Of a DNA stretch of 64,000 nt, positions 20,209 through 28,735 are shown one piece after another. Source of the DNA: an uncultured Bacilli bacterium (lineage in GTDB: Bacteria > Bacillota_I > Bacilli_A > RF39 > UBA660); assembly GCA_947625625.1 (NCBI GenBank), contig CANQPC010000002.1:2893-66892 (forward strand). The letters run 5' to 3'. A model generated the notes under the pieces. That model was not told the DNA's origin, ran no database searches, and saw only the letters and a program-made list of their open reading frames with translations. The first letter of the stretch is position 1. Every line of letters starts with the position of its first letter. Position numbers and translations under genes: made by a program.

Positions 20209-20864
20209 AAAAAGCCTTAAAAATAATATTAGTTATCTTTTTAATTATTTTTCTCAAGTTATCTTTTTCTTATGCAATTAATGAAATAATTATCTATAAT
20301 TACAATGCAGGCAAATATAACAATAATCTCGTCAAGTTACTGTATGTGTTTAATTTCCATCAACCATATATTGCTTATTATAATGAAGGAAATATTCTAT
20401 ATCAAAAAAATAATTATGACGAAGCAATAGCTAAGTATAACGAAGCTTTAAATAAAAGACCTCCATTAAAAAGAGTTTGTGATATTAGAATTAATCTATC
20501 ATTAGCCATAATCAAAAATATAAACATTAATAATAAGACAGAAGCTCTTCAAAAACTAGAAGAAGCCAAAAATAATCTATATGAAAATAATTGTGCCAAT
20601 CCAATTGATGATAGCGGTAATAGTAAAGATGCCGAAAAATTAGAAGAAGAAATCAACGAATTAGAAAAACAATTAGAAGATAATTCAAATGATTCATCAC
20701 CTGATGATAACAATACTAATGGTGAAGAAGAAAACAAAAATACTCAAAATATTGAAGAAAAGTTAAAAGAACAAAAGAAAAAATCTAATTCTAGTAGGCA
20801 AGAAGATTTAACAACATATGAAAATATGGAAGATTATGAATATTACTCAGGTAAAAGATGGTAA
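20205..20864 (+). CDS. TPR-containing, acidic-tailed membrane-anchored protein (BatC-like)
   Basis: Signal/anchor sequence, a TPR-like YNEGNILYQKNNYDEAIAKYNEAL, and an acidic low-complexity tail. Last gene of the operon. Confidence 0.55.
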   Translation: MKKALKIILVIFLIIFLKLSFSYAINEIIIYNYNAGKYNNNLVKLLYVFNFHQPYIAYYNEGNILYQKNNYDEAIAKYNEALNKRPPLKRVCDIRINLSLAIIKNININNKTEALQKLEEAKNNLYENNCANPIDDSGNSKDAEKLEEEINELEKQLEDNSNDSSPDDNNTNGEEENKNTQNIEEKLKEQKKKSNSSRQEDLTTYENMEDYEYYSGKRW

Positions 20865-20945
20865 TTGTAAAATAATTGACAAAAAAAGAAGATAATATTT
20901 AATTAAACTTTAAGTTATGCTAAAATAAAGATAAGAGGTGGAACA

Positions 20946-21887
20946 ATGAATAAAGTAATAACTAAAGTTATAAAAGTCGATAATGAAACGAAAAAATTAA
21001 TGAACGATTTCTACCAAGATATGAAAAGAGAAAAAACTCCCCCCTACGCTATTTTTCAAGCTGACACCGGAGATACAATCGTAACTCTATATGAATCAGG
21101 AAAAGCAGTCTTTCAGGGCGTATCAGCGGATATCGAAGCAGGAATGTGGACTAGTGTTGTAAATGATAAAAGTGCTATCGATTATTTCAGTGATAACGAA
21201 GAAAGAAAAGAAACAAAGAAAGAAGAAATAACTATTCCCCTAGAAATATCTTCTATCGGCTCAGATGAAGTTGGAACCGGTGATTACTATGGTCCAATTG
21301 TCGTTACAGCTTCTTTTGTCGCTAAAGAAAATATTCCTTTTCTAACAGAACTTGGAGTCAAAGATTCAAAAAAAATAAGTGATGAACAAATTTTAAAGAT
21401 TGTTCCTAAAATAATAAAAAAAATCCCCTATAAAACTATAATGATATCAAATAAAGAATATAACGAAAAATATAATAAAGATATGAATATGAATAAAATA
21501 AAAGCTATTCTCCATAATAAAGTTTTAACAGAAATGGCTAAAGATAACCAATATGACTACATTGTTATCGATCAGTTTGAATCCGAAAAAAGCTATTATA
21601 ACCACTTAAAAGAAGTTCCCAATCCTTTAAAAGGAATAACTTTTATTACCAAAGCTGAAGATAAATGCCTTTCAGTAGCGGTCTCTTCTCTAATCAGTAG
21701 ATACATCTTTATTAAAGAAATGGATAAGTTAGGTAATAAATATGGTATATTTCTTCCTAAAGGAGCTAACTACTATGTTGAAGACGTCGGTATCAAATTA
21801 GTTAACAAATATGGTCCTAATATTTTAAAAGACATCGCTAAATTAAATTTCAGTAACACTGATAGAATAATTAAAGAAATAAAGTAA
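20946..21887 (+). CDS. rnhC: Ribonuclease HIII
   Basis: 313 aa. An N-terminal RNase HIII-specific domain is followed by the IGSDEVGTGDYYGPIVV active-site motif and DSKK. Confidence 0.85.
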   Translation: MNKVITKVIKVDNETKKLMNDFYQDMKREKTPPYAIFQADTGDTIVTLYESGKAVFQGVSADIEAGMWTSVVNDKSAIDYFSDNEERKETKKEEITIPLEISSIGSDEVGTGDYYGPIVVTASFVAKENIPFLTELGVKDSKKISDEQILKIVPKIIKKIPYKTIMISNKEYNEKYNKDMNMNKIKAILHNKVLTEMAKDNQYDYIVIDQFESEKSYYNHLKEVPNPLKGITFITKAEDKCLSVAVSSLISRYIFIKEMDKLGNKYGIFLPKGANYYVEDVGIKLVNKYGPNILKDIAKLNFSNTDRIIKEIK

Positions 21888-21896
21888 TAACTCAAA

Positions 21897-22232
21897 TTAT
21901 TCTTCAACAAAACTGCCAATCACTTTAAAAATACTTTCAATACCACTTTTTAAAATCTTATTTACTTTAACTGATACTTTATTTGTTCCTTTAGTCAAAC
22001 TAGAAGTATAATCTTTTTCTGTACTTACTAAATAATCTTCCTTGCGAACATCTTTTCCAGCTTTCAAATCATTTTCAAATTTAGTCATGGCTTCACTAGT
22101 CATGACCATTTTATTTTGTAAATTATATTCATAAAATCCCGTTTCTTCGATAGTATAAGCAATAATAAATGAAATAGAGAGTGCCATAAAGACTAATTTA
22201 AATATCTTTTTTTTACTCATTTTTATCACCAT
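21897..22232 (-). CDS. Small membrane protein, YqxA-like by synteny with spoIIP
   Basis: 111 aa with one TM helix. Overlaps the end of spoIIP, as in the spoIIP-yqxA arrangement I recall from Bacillus subtilis. Confidence 0.45.
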   Translation of the reverse strand: MVIKMSKKKIFKLVFMALSISFIIAYTIEETGFYEYNLQNKMVMTSEAMTKFENDLKAGKDVRKEDYLVSTEKDYTSSLTKGTNKVSVKVNKILKSGIESIFKVIGSFVEE

Positions 22233-23226
22233 TTATAAGTTTATCAAAAATATCTGTTATTGCTTCGGTCGTATTTAAAACCTCGTCGATATTATTTTCT
22301 GTTCCTCCTAATTCGATAAGAACCACATTAGGACTAATATCTTGATTATAAATACCATCAACTCCCGGTCCTTCCTTTTTGTATACTCCTCTAGATAATC
22401 CAGGATAGTACTTATTAGCTAAACTATTTATTCTTTCCGCTAGTGATAAATTAGCTTCATAATTATCATGTTCGAGACCGACGACAAAGAGAATTCTAGC
22501 ATATGCCTTATCACCTATACTAGCGGTAGTAGCTTCCTTTCCAACCGAATCACGATGTAAATCAATATAATATTCAATAGTAGAATATTTATTTTTTTTA
22601 TCGAGCATAAAGATTCTAGAAGCACGATATGAGTTTGCATAATCCCAACTATTTAAGTTTAAAAATTCAGTTAGATTAGTTGTTTCAACTATAGTAGATA
22701 TTCCCCTACTATTTAGCTTTTCTTTTAAAAGATAAGATGCCATCAAAACATTAGGTGTTATACCATATATATCAAGGCCAGTACTATTATAGTTCTCGAG
22801 CTGATGAGAATTGTAAATATATATTACCGGCTTATTTATATCGACAGGATTAGGATCTTCGATATAAGAACTAATTTTTTTTAATTCTTCTAGATTGCTA
22901 TAATCGTCATTATGTTCTAGAGATATATTATCAGCACTACTACCAATAACAGTATTTTGTAAAATTGTCGAAGGTCTCTTAAAATCAATCTTAAAAAGAA
23001 ACTTAACGCTAGAATTAACTATATCGACAACTTTATAATTTCCCATTAAATGACTACTACCACCATTTAATAAAAAATTTATAAATTTAGAATTATCTAT
23101 CGTATTACTATTTTTTAATGAATAATAAAATGTTACCGCAAATACAAAATATATAATAATTACATAAAAGAATGATTTTTTAATAATTTTTTTAGAAGTA
23201 TTTTTAAGTTTCATTTTCTTATTCAT
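22213..23226 (-). CDS. spoIIP: Stage II sporulation protein P (SpoIIP)
   Basis: N-terminal anchor, IYIYNSHQLENY, DLHRDS and VLIELGGTENN motifs, as in the SpoIIP amidase/endopeptidase family. Confidence 0.75.
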   Translation of the reverse strand: MNKKMKLKNTSKKIIKKSFFYVIIIYFVFAVTFYYSLKNSNTIDNSKFINFLLNGGSSHLMGNYKVVDIVNSSVKFLFKIDFKRPSTILQNTVIGSSADNISLEHNDDYSNLEELKKISSYIEDPNPVDINKPVIYIYNSHQLENYNSTGLDIYGITPNVLMASYLLKEKLNSRGISTIVETTNLTEFLNLNSWDYANSYRASRIFMLDKKNKYSTIEYYIDLHRDSVGKEATTASIGDKAYARILFVVGLEHDNYEANLSLAERINSLANKYYPGLSRGVYKKEGPGVDGIYNQDISPNVVLIELGGTENNIDEVLNTTEAITDIFDKLINGDKNE

Positions 23227-23305
23227 TCTATCACCAATATAAGTATATAGTTTTATTTAATAAATATATGTCGAAAAAAAATCTCATCTTAAATTATGAG
23301 ATCTT

Positions 23306-23812
23306 TTAAAACATTCCTTGAATCTTTTTAATTGTTTCATTATCGAGAGAAGACAGTTTCCAATTACCAGAATCATCTTTAGTAACTTCAAAATCGATTG
23401 TATATGTTACCTTCTCTTTCGTTTTTTCCAAATTATCTAATTTAGTATCATTATATTCTTCGACCGTATAGTTATCGAGCCCCTGATATTTACTATTGGT
23501 ATCTGTCACTGCTTTCTTATAATCCATTACTTCAATTTCAGCCGTTATAATAGCGGTATTACCATCCACTTTTTCATCTTTTATTTGATATGTTAAATTT
23601 TTATATTGCTTTTCGATCAATTTACGATATCTTTCCTTTTGTGTATTATTTAAACTTTCAGTTTCAATAACATCATTTATTCCATCTTTAATATCACTAT
23701 CGAGTCTTTGGTATTTACTTAATAAATCTTCCACTTTAGAAGTCGGACTATTAGATAGTGAACATCCCACTAATAAAAACATAAATAGAAATATAGTTAA
23801 TATTTTCTTCAA
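23306..23812 (-). CDS. Lipoprotein, function unknown
   Basis: Lipobox LLVGCS, then a 150-aa hydrophilic domain. Confidence 0.6.
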   Translation of the reverse strand: MKKILTIFLFMFLLVGCSLSNSPTSKVEDLLSKYQRLDSDIKDGINDVIETESLNNTQKERYRKLIEKQYKNLTYQIKDEKVDGNTAIITAEIEVMDYKKAVTDTNSKYQGLDNYTVEEYNDTKLDNLEKTKEKVTYTIDFEVTKDDSGNWKLSSLDNETIKKIQGMF

Positions 23813-23858
23813 TTATATCATCTCCATTTATATTTTTACTATTTTTAAATGTTTTATA

Positions 23859-24473
23859 CTAAAAATTATAATTATTTATTACATCGATAACTTTATCTTT
23901 ACTGTACCCTTGAGTCAAGAGATGATTATAAATTTTATTTTTTAATTTTATACCCGTATATTTTTTATTTGTACGAAGATCTTTTTCAATAATCGTAGCT
24001 ATTCTTTTTTTTATCAAATCATCATCTAAAAGATTACTATTTTCATAAATAATATCTTCAGATATCCCTAACTTTTGTAATTCTCCTTTAATTTTATAAT
24101 CTCCAATAGTCGTAAAATTTAATTTATCTTTTATATATGCCTTAGTAAAACGATTATCATCAAGATATCCAGCTTTCTTAAGCCTATTAATTACAGGAGC
24201 AATTTCTTCACGACTAGCCTTTTTTTTAATAAGATAATTTTCCATCTCTTTAGTACTTCGAAGACGAATACTAATATATTTAATAGCGGCTTCGATAAGT
24301 TCAAATAAATGATTTTCTTTTTGAAGTTTATCATATAAATCTTTATCTATTTCTTTTTTTAATAATAATTCATTTTCAGTTATAACATTCTCCGATAAGT
24401 TTATAACTTCCCCATTCGATAAAAAAACATTATATGTATTTTTTTTATCTTTTTCATACTTTAGTATTTCCAT
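23859..24473 (-). CDS. recX: RecA regulator RecX
   Basis: About 200 aa of repeated three-helix modules, with GYLDDNRFTKAYIKDKL typical of RecX. Confidence 0.7.
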   Translation of the reverse strand: MEILKYEKDKKNTYNVFLSNGEVINLSENVITENELLLKKEIDKDLYDKLQKENHLFELIEAAIKYISIRLRSTKEMENYLIKKKASREEIAPVINRLKKAGYLDDNRFTKAYIKDKLNFTTIGDYKIKGELQKLGISEDIIYENSNLLDDDLIKKRIATIIEKDLRTNKKYTGIKLKNKIYNHLLTQGYSKDKVIDVINNYNF

Positions 24474-24550
24474 AGAGGCCTCCTTATTTACAAATTTATT
24501 TTATAATAGTTAATAATAAATGTCAATTATATAAGTACGTTATATTATAA

Positions 24551-24580
24551 ATAAAAAGATGTTAAAATTACCATTTAACA
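24551..24580 (-). terminator. Terminator after the last gene of the surface-protein array
   Basis: TGTTAAA...TTTAACA stem followed by a T-rich tract on the minus strand. Confidence 0.45.
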
Positions 24581-24632
24581 CCTTAAAATTATTACTTTAT
24601 CAAATAATATTTTTACATATATCATTATGTAA

Positions 24633-25721
24633 TTAATTAGCTTTTGCAGCAATTTTTTTCTTTGCAAAAATAGTACCTATAGTAGCAAGAACTATCATTG
24701 AAAGAATGAATAGAAGGTTAATATCACCAGTATCTGGAGATTTTTCAGCAGGCTTTTCAGCAGGTTTTTCAGTAGGCTCCTCAGTAGGTATTACCGTTAC
24801 TTTACCACTTTCATCTATCTGATATTTATCATCTATATAATTAGATAAGTCAAGTTCAGCATCTTCACCAGTTAACGCATAACTTCCACCAGTAATACTT
24901 ACTCCTCCATAAGTTTCCCCTTCTGTTGGTTCGTAAAAGATATCATTATTGCCGACAAATGAACCACCAGATATATTTAATGTAGCGGGATTTTCTTCTT
25001 CACCAATACTAGATATTAAAGAATGAGCTCCCGTATTTTCTTCACTTACACCAAAATTACCATCAGTAATACTCATTTCGCCATGATTCATAACAACTGA
25101 GAAATCAGCGCCTTGAGTAAATGTACCTCCATTTATATCAGCAGTAGCTCCTTTCTGATTATTAACTCCCCAAGCATTGTTATGCGATGTCTTTACTTCT
25201 CCTCCACTAATAGTTAAAGTTTTAAGGTTATCGATACCAATTGCATAAGGTTTAGTATTAGTAGTTTCTGCTCCTTTATTGACATCAATAATTCCTTCCT
25301 CTAAAGTTAAAGTACCTTCATTTCTGATAAGTGAAGCATAATAGTCACCAGAAGCACTAGAACCTTCTTTATAAGTTATAGTACCAATTTTATCTTCATT
25401 ACCTTTACTAGATTTAATCGTTACTGTAGCACCTTCTTTTACATATATAGGACTACAAGTAGCACAGTAATTAGTAAGAGTAAAACCATTTAAGTCAAAA
25501 GTTACAGTCTCACCATCTTCAAAAACAAAATCTAAAGCAGCATCTTCCTTTAACTTAATAGTGTAGTTCTCCCCGTCACCATTTTGTGTCACTTCATATT
25601 CATCACAAGTTTCAATTTTACCATTATTATCACTATTTTTAAAAGTAAGAGCGTTTACTCTTAAAGCACCAAAACCCGCTAGTGATAAACCTAATAATAA
25701 ATAAATTTCTAATCTTTTCAT
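24633..25721 (-). CDS. Cell-wall-anchored surface protein, SPDTG sorting signal (array member 4)
   Basis: Signal peptide, Gly/Thr-rich beta-helix-like repeats (ISGGEV, INGGTF, ISGGSF, ITGGSY), a PTEKPAEKPAEK linker, then SPDTG plus a hydrophobic helix plus AKKKIAAKAN. Confidence 0.8.
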   Translation of the reverse strand: MKRLEIYLLLGLSLAGFGALRVNALTFKNSDNNGKIETCDEYEVTQNGDGENYTIKLKEDAALDFVFEDGETVTFDLNGFTLTNYCATCSPIYVKEGATVTIKSSKGNEDKIGTITYKEGSSASGDYYASLIRNEGTLTLEEGIIDVNKGAETTNTKPYAIGIDNLKTLTISGGEVKTSHNNAWGVNNQKGATADINGGTFTQGADFSVVMNHGEMSITDGNFGVSEENTGAHSLISSIGEEENPATLNISGGSFVGNNDIFYEPTEGETYGGVSITGGSYALTGEDAELDLSNYIDDKYQIDESGKVTVIPTEEPTEKPAEKPAEKSPDTGDINLLFILSMIVLATIGTIFAKKKIAAKAN

Positions 25722-25859
25722 CTTTCTTATTCTCCTTTCTATAATAATGATATCATAAAAAAATTATTTTGTAAATGACTTTACTTGGTATTATACATTA
25801 ACAATGTAAATCACAGAATAAAAAGAAATAGACGATTTCATCTATTTCTTTACTTTAAA
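25722..25859 (-). repeat. Repeated intergenic module (terminator plus conserved 5' leader), copy 1
   Basis: Contains TCTCCTTTCTATAATAATGATATCATAAAAAAATTATTTTGTAAAT and AAAAAGAAATAGACGATTTCATCTATTTCTTTACTTTAAATTAGTTAGC. Both are repeated at 27156 and 28609. The terminator hairpin is AAGAAATAGA/TCTATTTCTT. Confidence 0.8.
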
Positions 25860-27155
25860 TTAGTTAGCTTTAACAGCAATTTTTTTCTTAGCAATTACTA
25901 TACCGACAGTAGCTATAGTAATCATTGTAAGAATAAGCATGATATTGATATCGCCAGTATTAGGTGGCACAGCAGTATCTTCTTCAAAAGTTGCATACAT
26001 TTCAACATCAGAAGCAGGCATTATAAAGCTCTTTCCATCTTCTAGTAACTCAAGATCAGTCCATTTACCATCAATTTCACCTTTAATAGATAATTTTTTT
26101 AATCTATAGCCCTTATTAGGTGCATAATCAAAAGTTATAGTTTCTCCTGGAGTAGCAGCCTTTTTACTAACAGTAAGTGTACCATTCTCATCTGGAACAT
26201 AGTATGCTATTTCATATACTTCTTTTCCACCAACAGTTATAGTTGTATTATATTCTTGAGAGAATTGTCCCTTAACAATAAAGTCTTTACCTTCAGGAAT
26301 AGCAATACTTCCGCCTTCTTTGACAACTAATAATACTCCCTCTGGAACAGTAATAGTATCAGAAGCAGTATATTCATCAGTTACGTATACTTTTTCAGCA
26401 CCTTCTGAATCCAAAGCAGCTTGTAAGTCTTCATAATAGAAAGAATTACCTTCTTCATCGACAGCATATACTGGAAATTCAACATTGTATGAAATATTAA
26501 CGTACTTAGCGGCAGCACTATCAACCTCGAATCCAATTAGTATTGATTCAGAAGTATTGACGAAGAAACGATAGTTTTCACCATATACTAATTTATCAGT
26601 ATCAGTAACAGTATCATCTATTCCTTGTAATATAGTTACAAGATTTTCACCAATAGAAGTACGACCATCAGCTTTAGTAGTCACATTAGCCCACTTGCCA
26701 TCTGCTCCCATATATTGAACTTGAACAAGAGTTAAATAATAATTTCCTTTATCAGGATCTACTTGATATTCAGGTAACGAATCTTTAGCAGCAGTTATAC
26801 TTTCTTCAGTATGTCTTACCAAAGAAGTCTTAACTGAACTGCAACTAGAACAAAATCCTGTCTTTAATCCATAATATACTATTCCAAGACTAGCATTAGC
26901 TGGAGTCGAATTATCCTTTCCAGGTACATGATTTAATACCTCGTTTTTAAAATCTTCCGTAATATTTACGGTAACATTCAAATAAGTTCCATCTTCTTTA
27001 TCTTCAAATTCAAACTTATTTGAACTCTTTAAAGAATTAGTATATTCTTCGATATTAGTAGCTTTATTCATAGTAGAAGCAGCCTCTACTGCTGTCATAG
27101 ACATAACTACCGCTAGAAAAGCTACAAACAATTTACTTAATTTTTTCACTTTCAT
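25860..27155 (-). CDS. Cell-wall-anchored surface protein, PPNTG sorting signal (array member 3)
   Basis: Signal peptide MKVKKLSKLFVAFLAVVMSMTAVEA. The C-terminus is PPNTGDINIMLILTMITIATVGIVIAKKKIAVKAN. Confidence 0.8.
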   Translation of the reverse strand: MKVKKLSKLFVAFLAVVMSMTAVEAASTMNKATNIEEYTNSLKSSNKFEFEDKEDGTYLNVTVNITEDFKNEVLNHVPGKDNSTPANASLGIVYYGLKTGFCSSCSSVKTSLVRHTEESITAAKDSLPEYQVDPDKGNYYLTLVQVQYMGADGKWANVTTKADGRTSIGENLVTILQGIDDTVTDTDKLVYGENYRFFVNTSESILIGFEVDSAAAKYVNISYNVEFPVYAVDEEGNSFYYEDLQAALDSEGAEKVYVTDEYTASDTITVPEGVLLVVKEGGSIAIPEGKDFIVKGQFSQEYNTTITVGGKEVYEIAYYVPDENGTLTVSKKAATPGETITFDYAPNKGYRLKKLSIKGEIDGKWTDLELLEDGKSFIMPASDVEMYATFEEDTAVPPNTGDINIMLILTMITIATVGIVIAKKKIAVKAN

Positions 27156-27285
27156 TCTCCTTTCTATAATAATGATATCATAAAAAAATTATTTTGTAAA
27201 TTACAACCTTCATACTATTATATGCTACTTGACACTAAATATAATAAAAAGAAATAGACGATTTTATCTATTTCTTTATCTTAAA
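27156..27285 (-). repeat. Repeated intergenic module, copy 2
   Basis: Near-identical by eye to copy 3, and to the outer parts of copy 1. Confidence 0.8.
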
Positions 27286-28608
27286 TTAGTTAGCTTTAGC
27301 AGCAATTTTTTTCTTAGCAAAAATAGTTCCCGCTACAGCGGCAATAATTGCACTAATAATAAGTACTAAATTGATATCACCAGTATTTGGTGGAGTTACT
27401 GTTTCAATTTTTGCTGTTTTAACATAAATTACTGAACCATCTTCTAACTTAGAAAAATCAGAAATTTCTTCTTCGAATTTTTCATCGATGTAAAAGCCTT
27501 CAATTTTACTATCTTCATTTAATAAATTATATAATCTTATTTCCGCTTTAACATCATCAGAAGTTAATGCTCCTTTAGGATATTCGAATGTATGTTCTTT
27601 ATCGCCAACGACAATTTTTAATGCTATTGTAACAGTAGTATCTTCAGTAGCGAATCCATTTATCTTTTCAGCAGTTAAAGTACCTTCATGATAGTTTAGA
27701 ATAGCACCTTTCTTATCGTTTCCAGAAGCGCCATTCTGTCCTGGAGCTACTTCGTCAACCTCTGCTCCTTCGTTTACTGTTAATACAGCAGTTCCTTCAA
27801 CTCCTAGATTTTCATTATCTCCTTCAGCCGAAGCAAAAGCTTTCTTAACATGACCTCCATTAACTACTAAAGTTGAAGTGCCAGCAAATCCACGGTTTAC
27901 TGCCTGAAGAACATTGACTGTTCCTCCATCTATCTCGACAGAAGTCGAATTAGTGTAACCATTAGAACCTCCACCAGTAACATAATTAATATTACCAGTA
28001 AAACTTTCGGCAATTGTTACAGATGAACGACCAGTATATGAGTAGTCTTCTCCACCACCGAAGACACTTCCTGTTATTTCTCCACCAGAGACAATAACAG
28101 TAGCAATATCAACTTTTGTTAAAGTACTACCATCTTTAGCAGAAGCAGGATTACGTTTTGTATCATCTCTGTCTTCACAGTCTGTAATAAATCCAGCAGT
28201 TCCACCACCCATGATAAAGTCTACTTTACCACCAGTCATCTCGATAGTAGCATTTTTAACATAACTAGTATGCATACCACCACCAAATATACCGTGAATA
28301 GTACCTCCTCTCATTGTAATCTTAGAAGTAGGAAGTTCTGTACTATCATTATGTGAACCACCAAAAACAGTTACGTCAGCATCAACTTCAAGGCATTCCT
28401 CTTCTTCTTCACCCTGCCAGCAAATTTTAGCACCAGTAGTGCCTTCTTCATCACCATCTTTTTTATCAATAGTTATAGCATAACCATTGGCAAAAAAAGT
28501 GTCTCTGTAAGTTTCATCTAAAGCAGGTTTTTCTGCAGCTTTAACGCTAGGTACAAAAACTAAACCGAGTACTAAAGCTGACAACATACTTAATTTTTTC
28601 ATTTTCAT
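27286..28608 (-). CDS. Cell-wall-anchored surface protein, PPNTG sorting signal (array member 2)
   Basis: Signal peptide MKMKKL..., repeated GG-rich turns (FGGSHND, FGGGMHT, MGGGTAG, FGGGEDY, TGGGSNG), and the C-terminus PPNTGDINLVLIISAIIAAVAGTIFAKKKIAAKAN. Confidence 0.8.
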   Translation of the reverse strand: MKMKKLSMLSALVLGLVFVPSVKAAEKPALDETYRDTFFANGYAITIDKKDGDEEGTTGAKICWQGEEEEECLEVDADVTVFGGSHNDSTELPTSKITMRGGTIHGIFGGGMHTSYVKNATIEMTGGKVDFIMGGGTAGFITDCEDRDDTKRNPASAKDGSTLTKVDIATVIVSGGEITGSVFGGGEDYSYTGRSSVTIAESFTGNINYVTGGGSNGYTNSTSVEIDGGTVNVLQAVNRGFAGTSTLVVNGGHVKKAFASAEGDNENLGVEGTAVLTVNEGAEVDEVAPGQNGASGNDKKGAILNYHEGTLTAEKINGFATEDTTVTIALKIVVGDKEHTFEYPKGALTSDDVKAEIRLYNLLNEDSKIEGFYIDEKFEEEISDFSKLEDGSVIYVKTAKIETVTPPNTGDINLVLIISAIIAAVAGTIFAKKKIAAKAN

Positions 28609-28735
28609 TCTCCTTTCTATAATAATGATATCATAAAAAAATTATTTTGTAAATTACAATTCCACACTATTATATGCTAGTTGACACTAATATAATAAAA
28701 AGAAATAGACGATTTATCTATTTCTTTACTTTAAA
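28609..28735 (-). repeat. Repeated intergenic module, copy 3
   Basis: Same leader and terminator sequences as copy 2. A fourth, leader-only copy lies at ~30008..30045. Confidence 0.8.

Noticed and set aside
25785-26045. 86-aa plus-strand ORF spanning an array intergenic module
   Set aside because: It starts in the repeated terminator/leader module and runs antisense into the anchor-encoding end of the surface-protein gene. It has no RBS and is not conserved in the other module copies.
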